Below, in pieces: positions 42,426 through 51,624 of a stretch of 64,000 nucleotides of DNA (the stretch's first letter is position 1; each line of letters starts with the position of its first letter). This stretch comes from a virus. Taxonomy: Duplodnaviria > Caudoviricetes. The stretch spans positions 32,001-96,000 of IMG/VR virus record IMGVR_UViG_3300029305_003110; one strand, 5' to 3'. The notes under the pieces are model-generated. The model was not told where the DNA came from and searched no databases. It worked only from the letters and a program-made list of their open reading frames with translations. The position numbers and the translations under genes are program-made.

Positions 42426-44519
42426 ATGGCTAAATTAGATAATTATATCGGTAGTACGGAATTAGCTTCTGGCTTAAAACAAAAAGGAGACAAAGACTTC
42501 CCCCTTGTTGAAGCTGGAGCTGTTCAAGTCGATGAAACCGGAAAACGATTGGATGAAAAATTAGAATCTATACCAGGTCAAAAAAATGCTAACTTGGGAG
42601 AAATATTTAATGATTATAAAAATAATAAAGCTATAAGCGAGTATTCCCACTCAGAAGGATTAGAAACATTCTCTGGAAGCAAAGGATTTTATATCGGTTC
42701 TATTAAAAAAAATGATGATGAAACATGGATATTATACTTATCAGATACCGCAACAGATTTACCATCTGACACTTGTGATATAAGTGGTATAAATAGCGAT
42801 GATGTGTTGTCAATAAATAATAATTATAAATATGATGAATGTTGTTCAGTAATATCTACAGATACAAGTAATTGTAGCATTATAGTCAATACATTACCAT
42901 TTACATCATTAGTAGATGGGGCAGAATGGTCAATTGTTGATGTGACAAACCCGGAAGTAGGGGTTATAGATCTTGGAATAAATGCTCATGCTGAAGGTCA
43001 GGGAACTATAGCATTAAGAAGAGCTTCTCATGCTGAAGGAGCTGACACTAAAGCAATTGGAATGTATTCTCATACAGAAGGTAGAGAAACTAAAGCATAT
43101 TATGCAGCTCACGCAGAAGGAAGAGGTTCAGAGGCTTTAGGTGAGATGTCTCATGCTGAAGGCGGTTGGACAAAAGCTTTAGGAAATAATTCCCATTCGG
43201 AAGGAAATACTACTACTGCAAGAGCAATATATTCTCATGCCGAAGGATATATAACAGAAGCAAATGGTATAGCATCTCATTCTGAAGGTAAAAAAACTAA
43301 ATCTAATGGGCATTTTTCACATACGGAAGGCGAATATACAATAGCCACTGGTAGAGGTGCTCACGCCGAAGGTCTTGTTACAGAAGCTAATTATGAAACA
43401 AAAGGTGCATTAGCTGACGCATCACACTCGGAGGGTAACAACACTCTGGCATCAGGAGTATCTTCTCATGCCGAAGGACATTATACAACCGCATCATCTC
43501 ATAGTTCACATTCAGAAGGCTATGAAACTGATGCATATGGTGGTATAGGTGCTCATGCTGAAGGATATGGATCTCAAGCTAATGGACAAGGTGCTCATGC
43601 CGAAGGACATCAATCGACGGCATCTGGAACAGGAGCTCACGCAGAAGGTTCTTCACAGGCAACTGGCGATGGTGCTCATGCAGAGGGTAATAATACTATA
43701 GCGGAAAAAAGAGGTTCTCATTCAGAAGGGGTGTCTACTCAAGCTTTAGAAGTAGGAGCTCATGCTGAAGGTTTACAAACAAGAGCAATTCAACAATACC
43801 AGCATGTTCAAGGTAAATATAATATTGAAGATACTGAAAACAAGTATGCACATATTGTAGGTAATGGAAAGAATGGTGCACGTTCTAATGCACATACATT
43901 AGAATGGAATGGTGATGCTTGGTATGCTGGTGGAATGATATTAGAAAACGGCGAATTAAATATTAAAAATGGAAAAATAACCGTTAATGGTAAGGGTTTA
44001 GTGGGCGAATGGCAAACTGGTTCTGTTAATGGGGAAATATTTAATAATTATGAAAATAATACCGCCAATGGATACTATTCGCATGCTGAAGGATATGGAA
44101 CTGACGCAGATGGGTATGCGTCACATGCTGAAGGTTATTGGTCTGAAGCATACGGAAACTATTCCCATGCTGAAGGTTACTTGACTAAAGCTAAAGGAAG
44201 TTGTTCACACGCTGCTGGTGATGGTACTATAGCAACAGGACCCGCATCATATGTTGTGGGACGATATAATATAGAAGATACTGTCGATGACATTACTAAA
44301 AAAGGAAAATATATATTCATAGTAGGTAATGGTGTATCCGAAGATAATAGAAGCAATGCACATACATTAGAATGGGATGGTACTGCTTGGTATGCTAAAT
44401 CCGTAGAAGCACCTACAATATATACAAATCAGGTTGTATTATTATCTTCAGGAAATATTAAATTTGCTCTTAAAGTAAGAGATGACGGTACTTTATATAC
44501 AGAGGAGGTTATTGATTAA
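42426..44519 (+). CDS. fibre protein with YadA/trimeric autotransporter head-like repeats
   Basis: More than 20 repeats of about 14 aa (SHAEG/AHAEG); duplicated VGNG..SNAHTLEWxGxAWYA neck. Confidence 0.75.
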   Translation: MAKLDNYIGSTELASGLKQKGDKDFPLVEAGAVQVDETGKRLDEKLESIPGQKNANLGEIFNDYKNNKAISEYSHSEGLETFSGSKGFYIGSIKKNDDETWILYLSDTATDLPSDTCDISGINSDDVLSINNNYKYDECCSVISTDTSNCSIIVNTLPFTSLVDGAEWSIVDVTNPEVGVIDLGINAHAEGQGTIALRRASHAEGADTKAIGMYSHTEGRETKAYYAAHAEGRGSEALGEMSHAEGGWTKALGNNSHSEGNTTTARAIYSHAEGYITEANGIASHSEGKKTKSNGHFSHTEGEYTIATGRGAHAEGLVTEANYETKGALADASHSEGNNTLASGVSSHAEGHYTTASSHSSHSEGYETDAYGGIGAHAEGYGSQANGQGAHAEGHQSTASGTGAHAEGSSQATGDGAHAEGNNTIAEKRGSHSEGVSTQALEVGAHAEGLQTRAIQQYQHVQGKYNIEDTENKYAHIVGNGKNGARSNAHTLEWNGDAWYAGGMILENGELNIKNGKITVNGKGLVGEWQTGSVNGEIFNNYENNTANGYYSHAEGYGTDADGYASHAEGYWSEAYGNYSHAEGYLTKAKGSCSHAAGDGTIATGPASYVVGRYNIEDTVDDITKKGKYIFIVGNGVSEDNRSNAHTLEWDGTAWYAKSVEAPTIYTNQVVLLSSGNIKFALKVRDDGTLYTEEVID

Positions 44520-45757
44520 TGAGTACTAATATACATGCAACTCAAAAATGGGTTGAAGACAAATTATCTAATATCGTGCCCTCTGAAGGTGGAGGAGTGG
44601 GGTTAATTAAAGTCCCTGAACAAGTCGTTGGAAAATTAAATAATATTCTTGTATATGATAAAAATGGAAATTCGACAACCATTGTTGAAGATGTCTATGA
44701 TGGTTTATTTGAAGTATACGTAAAATTTACATCAGATAATCCCGATGATTTGGAATATTATACAATTCCAGAAAGACATTTACTGATGGAACAACGAATT
44801 GTAATAGAGGCTGATGGTGCAAACACATATATAGTCCAGACAATATTAAAAGATAATGTTATATACACAAGATCGATTACTATGTTTGACCTTAGTGGAG
44901 AAAATCCTAACCCGGACTATAACTTTGTCGAATGGAATCCTTTTTATGCTATTAATTTATCCCCAAGTAGTTATTTTGATTCTGATAATAATAAAAATAC
45001 ACCATTATCCGTTTATGCGGGTAAGGTGCTTAATGAACAAAAAGAAGAGATATCAAATAAATCATTAGTAATTGACAATACTGCGGACGATACAAAATAT
45101 CCTACAACAAAAGCAGTTAAAGATTTTGTTGAAGAAGTGTCCGGAGGCATTATTGATGTAGAATATGAAAGCGATAATCATCAAGTTAATTCTGGTGATC
45201 TTAGGACAAAAATCGAATATTATGACTCTAAAGGAAACTCTGTAGATTTAAATAATGAACAAGCCCGTGAAAAACTTAGTACAGGATTATATCGAATCAA
45301 AGTAAAATCAACTTGGGATATACCAGAAATTGATGATGATTTAAACGAAATAGGTCGTAAGGTTAGTAACGCAATTGCTGAAGATATTGTATTCCAACGT
45401 GTAATTAAATATGATACCACAGCTAGTCCAGAAACAATGTATGGTAACTTAATTGTAAATCAATATTTAATTTCATCGTTATCTGAAGAAGATCTTAAAT
45501 GGAGACAAGCGATGATAAAGATTGATGGTTCTGTGGTATCAACAGGTTGGCAGAGTGTCTTGCATAAATTTGAACTATCAGCATATAGAGTATCTGATAT
45601 AGAAAATCCTGAATATGAAGGTTATGAAGAGGAATACTATCCGAATATTAAAGCAGTTAAAGATTATGTCGGTAATATTTCAGGAAATAATATTAGGGCA
45701 TTTATAGATGAGAACAAAGTATTAAGGATAACTAAAAGTGACGTTATGGATTCATAA
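44519..45757 (+). CDS. putative fibre/structural protein
   Basis: PLSVYAGKVLN and YPTTKAVKDFV fibre motifs; shares a repeat with the next gene. Confidence 0.6.
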   Translation: MSTNIHATQKWVEDKLSNIVPSEGGGVGLIKVPEQVVGKLNNILVYDKNGNSTTIVEDVYDGLFEVYVKFTSDNPDDLEYYTIPERHLLMEQRIVIEADGANTYIVQTILKDNVIYTRSITMFDLSGENPNPDYNFVEWNPFYAINLSPSSYFDSDNNKNTPLSVYAGKVLNEQKEEISNKSLVIDNTADDTKYPTTKAVKDFVEEVSGGIIDVEYESDNHQVNSGDLRTKIEYYDSKGNSVDLNNEQAREKLSTGLYRIKVKSTWDIPEIDDDLNEIGRKVSNAIAEDIVFQRVIKYDTTASPETMYGNLIVNQYLISSLSEEDLKWRQAMIKIDGSVVSTGWQSVLHKFELSAYRVSDIENPEYEGYEEEYYPNIKAVKDYVGNISGNNIRAFIDENKVLRITKSDVMDS

Positions 45758-45818
45758 CGTCACTGCAGTAATAAAATATCAATAATATCATAATTTTTTA
45801 TTTTAATATGGAAAAGGA

Positions 45819-48800
45819 GTGTATTTTTTTATGAATTTTATGCCATATTTAAATGTATTTGGTATCGACTCAATGCAGGTTGCATGTATAACCGGAGCAG
45901 GTGAACCGACAGCATCAACAGAAGGCGATGTTGGTTGTTTCTACATGGATACCAATACTGGCGATGTGTACAGATGTACAAAAGTCGAAAACGACATTTA
46001 CACATGGGAAAAAGAGAATGAAGGAATTATTCAGGTTTCTCATTCACCAACAGATTATAATAAAATACCTGTATTCAGTAAAACAGGAACTGTAGCACAA
46101 TCAATTGATGATGCACATATAGGTATTTTCAAATGTTCAGGTGTTCACTATTCATCAAATAGTAAGTTTATTGCATCTGCACTCATATTCCAAACACGAT
46201 ATGAAAAGGAAGATACTGAATCTAATGAAACTGTTGAAGATGTCATTAATCAAACAATGTTTAGTGATGATGGAAAACTAAGAACAAGAACAGTAAATAC
46301 TAGTAATTTCCCTGTAACCGATATGGAATGGGAGACAGTAGATATTTCTAGCATGTCTAATCTATTATCAAAAATAGAAACCCATGCTAATAATTCGGAT
46401 AATCCTCATAATGTTACAAAGGAACAGGTTGGACTTTCTAATGTAGATAATACATCAGATATTGATAAACCTGTAAGTAGTGCGACACAGACTGCACTTG
46501 TTGAAAAAGAAGATATTGTAAACAAATCAACAGTAATAGACAATACTGCGGACGATACAAAATATCCTACAACGAAAGCTGTAGTCGATTATGTTGAAAA
46601 CGAAGTTGATAATGTTGTGTTGAATAGACTAATGCCAATTTTTGAGATTTCAGAAGGACAACATAATATATTAAACCCAGATAATTTCGAAAGCGGATAT
46701 TATGAAACTACATTAGAGAAAAAACCAAGTACTAACCATATGAGAACTATTACACCAATTCCAATTTCCGAAGGGATTACTAAATTATATGAATATATTA
46801 ATATCCCATCTGATATTGATGTGGGTACCGATGCTCTATTAAATATCATGTTTTTAGATAGTGATGGAGCTTTCATTAAAAACCAGATCTCAAAATTTTA
46901 TTTATTCGAAGATAGTTCATCTGCTCTATCTGAAAACGTTCCATCAAACACAACAAGTGTACATGTGTGGATTAGTGGAGTAACTCGGGGTATTGATATA
47001 ACACATGTTTGCATATCCGAAACTGAGATTGATGAATATGAACCTTATACAAATGAACCAATAATTAAATCTATAAAACCAGAAATGGTTGATTACAAAG
47101 AAGAAATCAGTAACAAAGTGTCTGAAATAACAGAAGAAAATACTGATACAGAACACTATCCGAATACTAATGCGGTTATTGATTATGTTAATAAAATGGT
47201 TCCATCAAATAAAAAAGAGGTTTTGTCCGATAACAAATTTGATGGAATATTTGACACAGAAGGGTACTATATTGATGTAGTTGCAGATAGTCCTACATTT
47301 GATCAATTAGTAAAAGGTACTTCATTTAAATGCACTTCAAGATATATAAGCATATTTGATAACCCTGTTACAGAATATACTCTGTGTATATCAAAAGAGT
47401 TTACTACAAAAAGCATGTGTATAGTTTTTTATGATGAAAATAAAAATTATATATCACATCGAGTATTAACTACAAGCACGAGTCCCTCAACATTGTTCAC
47501 CTATTATCTTACGAGTGGCGCGAAATATTTTAGATTACATGTTGAGAAAACTTACGATGGTCAAATATTTATATCCCCTCATAATCCGAGTAATATAGAA
47601 TTTGTTAATTATGAGTATATAGAAAGTGTTGACCAACGTGATAAACTTAAAGGTAAAACCATTGTAAATTTTGGTGATAGTATCTTTGGTAATTATAGAT
47701 ACCCGAATGATATTTCTACTGAAATTTCAAGATTAACAGATGCTACAGTTCATAATTGTGGTTTTGGTGGCTGTCGTATGGCAAAACATACTATTGCTAA
47801 TTTCGATGCATTTAGTATGAAAAGCCTTGTATCAGCAATAGTATCAAATGATTTTTCTATTCAAGATGCAGCAATTGAATCTGGGAAAATAGCGGAAACT
47901 GAAGGAACTGGTAAGTTACCATCATATTTTGAGAATACTCTTGCATTGCTTAAATCGATTGATTTTACAGATGTTGATATTATTACTATCGCTTACGGTA
48001 CAAATGATTTTGCTGGCAATATAGTTATTGATGATGAAACAAATTTATATAATACCGATTGTTTTGCGGGTGCATTAAGATATAGCATTGAAACTTTATT
48101 AAACACATACCCTCACTTAAAAATATTTATTTGCTCTCAGACTTATAGATTTTGGGCAGACAAAGAAAACGATTATGCATTTATTAATGATAGTGATACC
48201 CGTACTCGTAATGATGGTAAAATGTTAACAGACTTTGTTGAAAAAACAAAAGAAGTGGCAGTAGAGTATCGTTTGCCGTATATAGATAATTATTATTCTT
48301 TAGGAATGAATAAATTTAATAGAAGTATATATTTTTCTAAAACAGATGGTACTCATCCGTTATTAACAGGTAGAAGACTGATTGCAGAGCATATTGCTAG
48401 CAATCTTGTTGACTCTAAAACTGATGTGGCATCTATTTATGAATTTAAAAAAAATAAATCAACTATAATAGACGACACTGCGGACGATATAAAATATCCA
48501 ACAACTAAAGCTGTAGCCGATTATGTTGAAAATGCTACAATGCTCCAGATTACTTCATTATCCGGAAAAAGGAATGAGTTCACTATAGTTGAAGGTAGTG
48601 GAGATTATTTAAGTATCAATGGTGATAATAGAGTACTTTATGGTGCAGATTCTACAAATTATACAGATATAGCAAAGCTTATTAAAGATCATATATACTT
48701 CTTATATGTTAATTTTGATAAACTTGCAGAGTTCTCTTTAACTGTTAATAGAATTAAGTTATTAACAGGATCGTCAACTATTGCAGGAACAATAAAAAAT

Positions 48801-50483
48801 GTTTATCAACCAACCAATAATGAAGCATGCATTACTTTTGTAGCCTCTAAAGAAACATTACAAAATATACAATTTAGACCAAGTGTAACCATGTCTAATA
48901 ATGACAGTGTACCTAAGTACTATTGTATTATAGATGTTACTGATATATATGGTCACGAATATTATGCTTCTCAATTATACGAATATTTAAATTCTAATTT
49001 AGAAGAACTTGGTACTGTTGGAATTAGTACTATAGACAAATTATCTAATAAGTTATTATACTCAGATAAAACAGGAATTACTAATATTCAGGATAAACTT
49101 GAAACAAATATGCAACGAGTATGTGATTCTATTAGCGATAACGCTAATTTAATTTTTGGAGAACCTGTATTTTCTAAAAATAATATAGTTTACACATATA
49201 ATGCAAATGAAAGCTATAAAAATGAAATATTATCAGAAATTGATGTTGTTGAATTATCAACATATACTGTAGTATATACTGGTGCTACCGGATTTGATAC
49301 TTCAAATGGTGGTTTAGTTGCATATTATTATGATGAATCAAATGCTAAAACAAGTACAAAACTTTCATTAAACGGTAGTGGAACTTCAGAATTTACAGTA
49401 CCAAAAGGAACTGTAAGATGCGAATTAGCTATTCAAAAAGTTGCTGCAGCATTAGAAACCGGAGGAACCATTAAAATAACTACTTTAGGAGTATATCGTC
49501 ATGAATCAGATGTTCCGCCATATTTCGTTAGTCACCTATCTGAAAAAGAGGATATTATTAGAGATAAGAATACTATTAGTGCTATAAATGGAGATAGTTT
49601 TATATGGATTACAGACTATCACTTACAAACTGATGACCGTACAAATCCAGAAAATTCTCCATCATTAATCAAACATATTATGGATAATACGAATACACGT
49701 TTTGTTGCATTTGGTGGAGATTCATTTACAAATTATTATAGTGGATTGGCACAAAATGATCGTGATAAAATATTAACTGGTGTTAGAAATTTCTATAATA
49801 AATTTAAAAAATCATTTGATTTCTTACAACCTTGGAAGTTCCGTAAAGTAATAGGAAATCATGAATGGAATAATCCTGGTGTAAGTGAGGATTATGCACT
49901 TGCACAATTAACACCAAATGAGGTTTATTCATATTATTATAAAGAAAATGAAGATTTTACTGTATTCAGTCCTAATGGTATGAATTATTATTTTGATAAT
50001 AAAACTCAAAAAATTAGATATTTTTGCTTAGGTTGTAATGAAGCTGCTAAAATAGTTGATGATACATATCCATGGTTACTCGAACAATTTGTTGAATTAC
50101 CAGAGGATTATTCTGTTATAATTCTCACGCATTCTGCATTATCATTGGATGGAACTAAATCAAATCAGTCAACATTAATGGGAGCTTTAGCTACTTTAAA
50201 AACTGGTGGCGATTATGTATATAGTGAAAAGACATATACTTTACTTGCTCATGATGTTATCGGAATAATTTCTGGTGATATTCATCGCGATGCTAATATA
50301 GTTGAGTCGGGTATAAATATCATTGCTACCACAGCGGATTCTTTATATCAAGATAAAGTTATGGAAAGAACTTTAGGCACTGTCACAGAACACGCATTTG
50401 ATGTAATAAACATAGATAAAACAAATCGAAAGATATATTTAACACGTATTGGTGCAGGTGAAGACCGCGAAATAGATTTTTAA
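45819..50483 (+). CDS. large fibre/spike protein with SGNH hydrolase and calcineurin-like metallophosphoesterase domains
   Basis: NPHNVTKEQVGLSNVDNTSD fibre motif; FGDSI...GTND...DGTHP (SGNH); ITDYH...GGDS...GNHE...THS...GDIH (MPP). Confidence 0.75.
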   Translation: MYFFMNFMPYLNVFGIDSMQVACITGAGEPTASTEGDVGCFYMDTNTGDVYRCTKVENDIYTWEKENEGIIQVSHSPTDYNKIPVFSKTGTVAQSIDDAHIGIFKCSGVHYSSNSKFIASALIFQTRYEKEDTESNETVEDVINQTMFSDDGKLRTRTVNTSNFPVTDMEWETVDISSMSNLLSKIETHANNSDNPHNVTKEQVGLSNVDNTSDIDKPVSSATQTALVEKEDIVNKSTVIDNTADDTKYPTTKAVVDYVENEVDNVVLNRLMPIFEISEGQHNILNPDNFESGYYETTLEKKPSTNHMRTITPIPISEGITKLYEYINIPSDIDVGTDALLNIMFLDSDGAFIKNQISKFYLFEDSSSALSENVPSNTTSVHVWISGVTRGIDITHVCISETEIDEYEPYTNEPIIKSIKPEMVDYKEEISNKVSEITEENTDTEHYPNTNAVIDYVNKMVPSNKKEVLSDNKFDGIFDTEGYYIDVVADSPTFDQLVKGTSFKCTSRYISIFDNPVTEYTLCISKEFTTKSMCIVFYDENKNYISHRVLTTSTSPSTLFTYYLTSGAKYFRLHVEKTYDGQIFISPHNPSNIEFVNYEYIESVDQRDKLKGKTIVNFGDSIFGNYRYPNDISTEISRLTDATVHNCGFGGCRMAKHTIANFDAFSMKSLVSAIVSNDFSIQDAAIESGKIAETEGTGKLPSYFENTLALLKSIDFTDVDIITIAYGTNDFAGNIVIDDETNLYNTDCFAGALRYSIETLLNTYPHLKIFICSQTYRFWADKENDYAFINDSDTRTRNDGKMLTDFVEKTKEVAVEYRLPYIDNYYSLGMNKFNRSIYFSKTDGTHPLLTGRRLIAEHIASNLVDSKTDVASIYEFKKNKSTIIDDTADDIKYPTTKAVADYVENATMLQITSLSGKRNEFTIVEGSGDYLSINGDNRVLYGADSTNYTDIAKLIKDHIYFLYVNFDKLAEFSLTVNRIKLLTGSSTIAGTIKNVYQPTNNEACITFVASKETLQNIQFRPSVTMSNNDSVPKYYCIIDVTDIYGHEYYASQLYEYLNSNLEELGTVGISTIDKLSNKLLYSDKTGITNIQDKLETNMQRVCDSISDNANLIFGEPVFSKNNIVYTYNANESYKNEILSEIDVVELSTYTVVYTGATGFDTSNGGLVAYYYDESNAKTSTKLSLNGSGTSEFTVPKGTVRCELAIQKVAAALETGGTIKITTLGVYRHESDVPPYFVSHLSEKEDIIRDKNTISAINGDSFIWITDYHLQTDDRTNPENSPSLIKHIMDNTNTRFVAFGGDSFTNYYSGLAQNDRDKILTGVRNFYNKFKKSFDFLQPWKFRKVIGNHEWNNPGVSEDYALAQLTPNEVYSYYYKENEDFTVFSPNGMNYYFDNKTQKIRYFCLGCNEAAKIVDDTYPWLLEQFVELPEDYSVIILTHSALSLDGTKSNQSTLMGALATLKTGGDYVYSEKTYTLLAHDVIGIISGDIHRDANIVESGINIIATTADSLYQDKVMERTLGTVTEHAFDVINIDKTNRKIYLTRIGAGEDREIDF

Positions 50484-50513
50484 TGTATATTATTTTTAAG
50501 GAGAGGATACTAG

Positions 50514-50831
50514 ATGGGATTAAAAACTACAAATTATGAAGTTAAAGAATTCGGAATTTCTTTACCTAATGCGTATGCACAAATTACAAATCTTAGTGTA
50601 GATTTAAAAGGAAGTGCTCAAGCGATTGTTGAAATTCAACAAACTAGAGCAGATATAGGTGTTAAAAATGCATTAGATAGAAAAATTGTTAGATGTGATA
50701 TCAATAAAGAGCGTCCTGTTCATGAACAAGTTTATATTTATATAAAAGAAAATCTCTTGAACGATTGGGAAGATGATATTGTTGAAGAGAAAGAAGGTTC
50801 TAACGGTGAAGAAACTCCTGTAAAAGAATAA
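50514..50831 (+). CDS. small protein, possible fibre chaperone
   Basis: 105 aa immediately after the large fibre gene; AGGAGAGG RBS. Confidence 0.55.
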   Translation: MGLKTTNYEVKEFGISLPNAYAQITNLSVDLKGSAQAIVEIQQTRADIGVKNALDRKIVRCDINKERPVHEQVYIYIKENLLNDWEDDIVEEKEGSNGEETPVKE

Positions 50832-50927
50832 TTATGTAAAATATCTTCACATGAGGAATGGATATTGATTTATCCATTCCTCACTTTTATTTATCAACAT
50901 TAAAGTAATATATAAAATACTATAAAG

Positions 50928-51527
50928 GTGGTGAACAGATTTATGACTGAAGAATATACGGATATATTGTCAAAAGTCCTACAGGAAACACAAAATGATG
51001 TAATAGTATTTACAATTGTTTTGTTAATTGGATTTGCGGCAGTAATGCTTCCATTATATATATCATTGAGTCGGTCTAAGAAAACAGCACAACAACAACA
51101 ACTTGAAGAGAAACAACAATTGATTAGTGTTGTTCAGCAAAATACGGATGCAATAAGTACATTAAAAACATCTTTAGATTTGAATAATGCCACAACAAAC
51201 ACTTTATTACAAAATATAAATGATAATACTAACGAGGCTGCTATTAAAATTGCTAAAATTTTAGCTTCTCAAATTCAGATTGCTCCAAAGATTGAAAGAA
51301 TAATAGGAGATAATGATAATTTGCATGACTATGTGCATGAACATAGACAGCATATTGAGGAGATTGCGGTATTAAAAGAAGAAAGTATTGAAATAAAAAA
51401 TGAATTAGAATCTTCTAAATTACAATTAAATTCAATCGATGAACGTACAAAGAGTATTATAACTAAACTTATCGATATGAATAATAATATACTTCGTCTC
51501 GGTGAGTCTGAATCGAACCAAAAATGA
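50928..51527 (+). CDS. membrane protein with coiled-coil tail (holin-like)
   Basis: Single TM VIVFTIVLLIGFAAVMLPLYI followed by heptad repeats. Confidence 0.5.
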   Translation: MVNRFMTEEYTDILSKVLQETQNDVIVFTIVLLIGFAAVMLPLYISLSRSKKTAQQQQLEEKQQLISVVQQNTDAISTLKTSLDLNNATTNTLLQNINDNTNEAAIKIAKILASQIQIAPKIERIIGDNDNLHDYVHEHRQHIEEIAVLKEESIEIKNELESSKLQLNSIDERTKSIITKLIDMNNNILRLGESESNQK

Positions 51528-51624
51528 AATAGAATGCAATAGTTTACTTAGTATTACTATTGCATTCTATATTTTTATCGAATTTAACATTAATATAATT
51601 ACAAAATAAAAGGAGGTTTATAAA

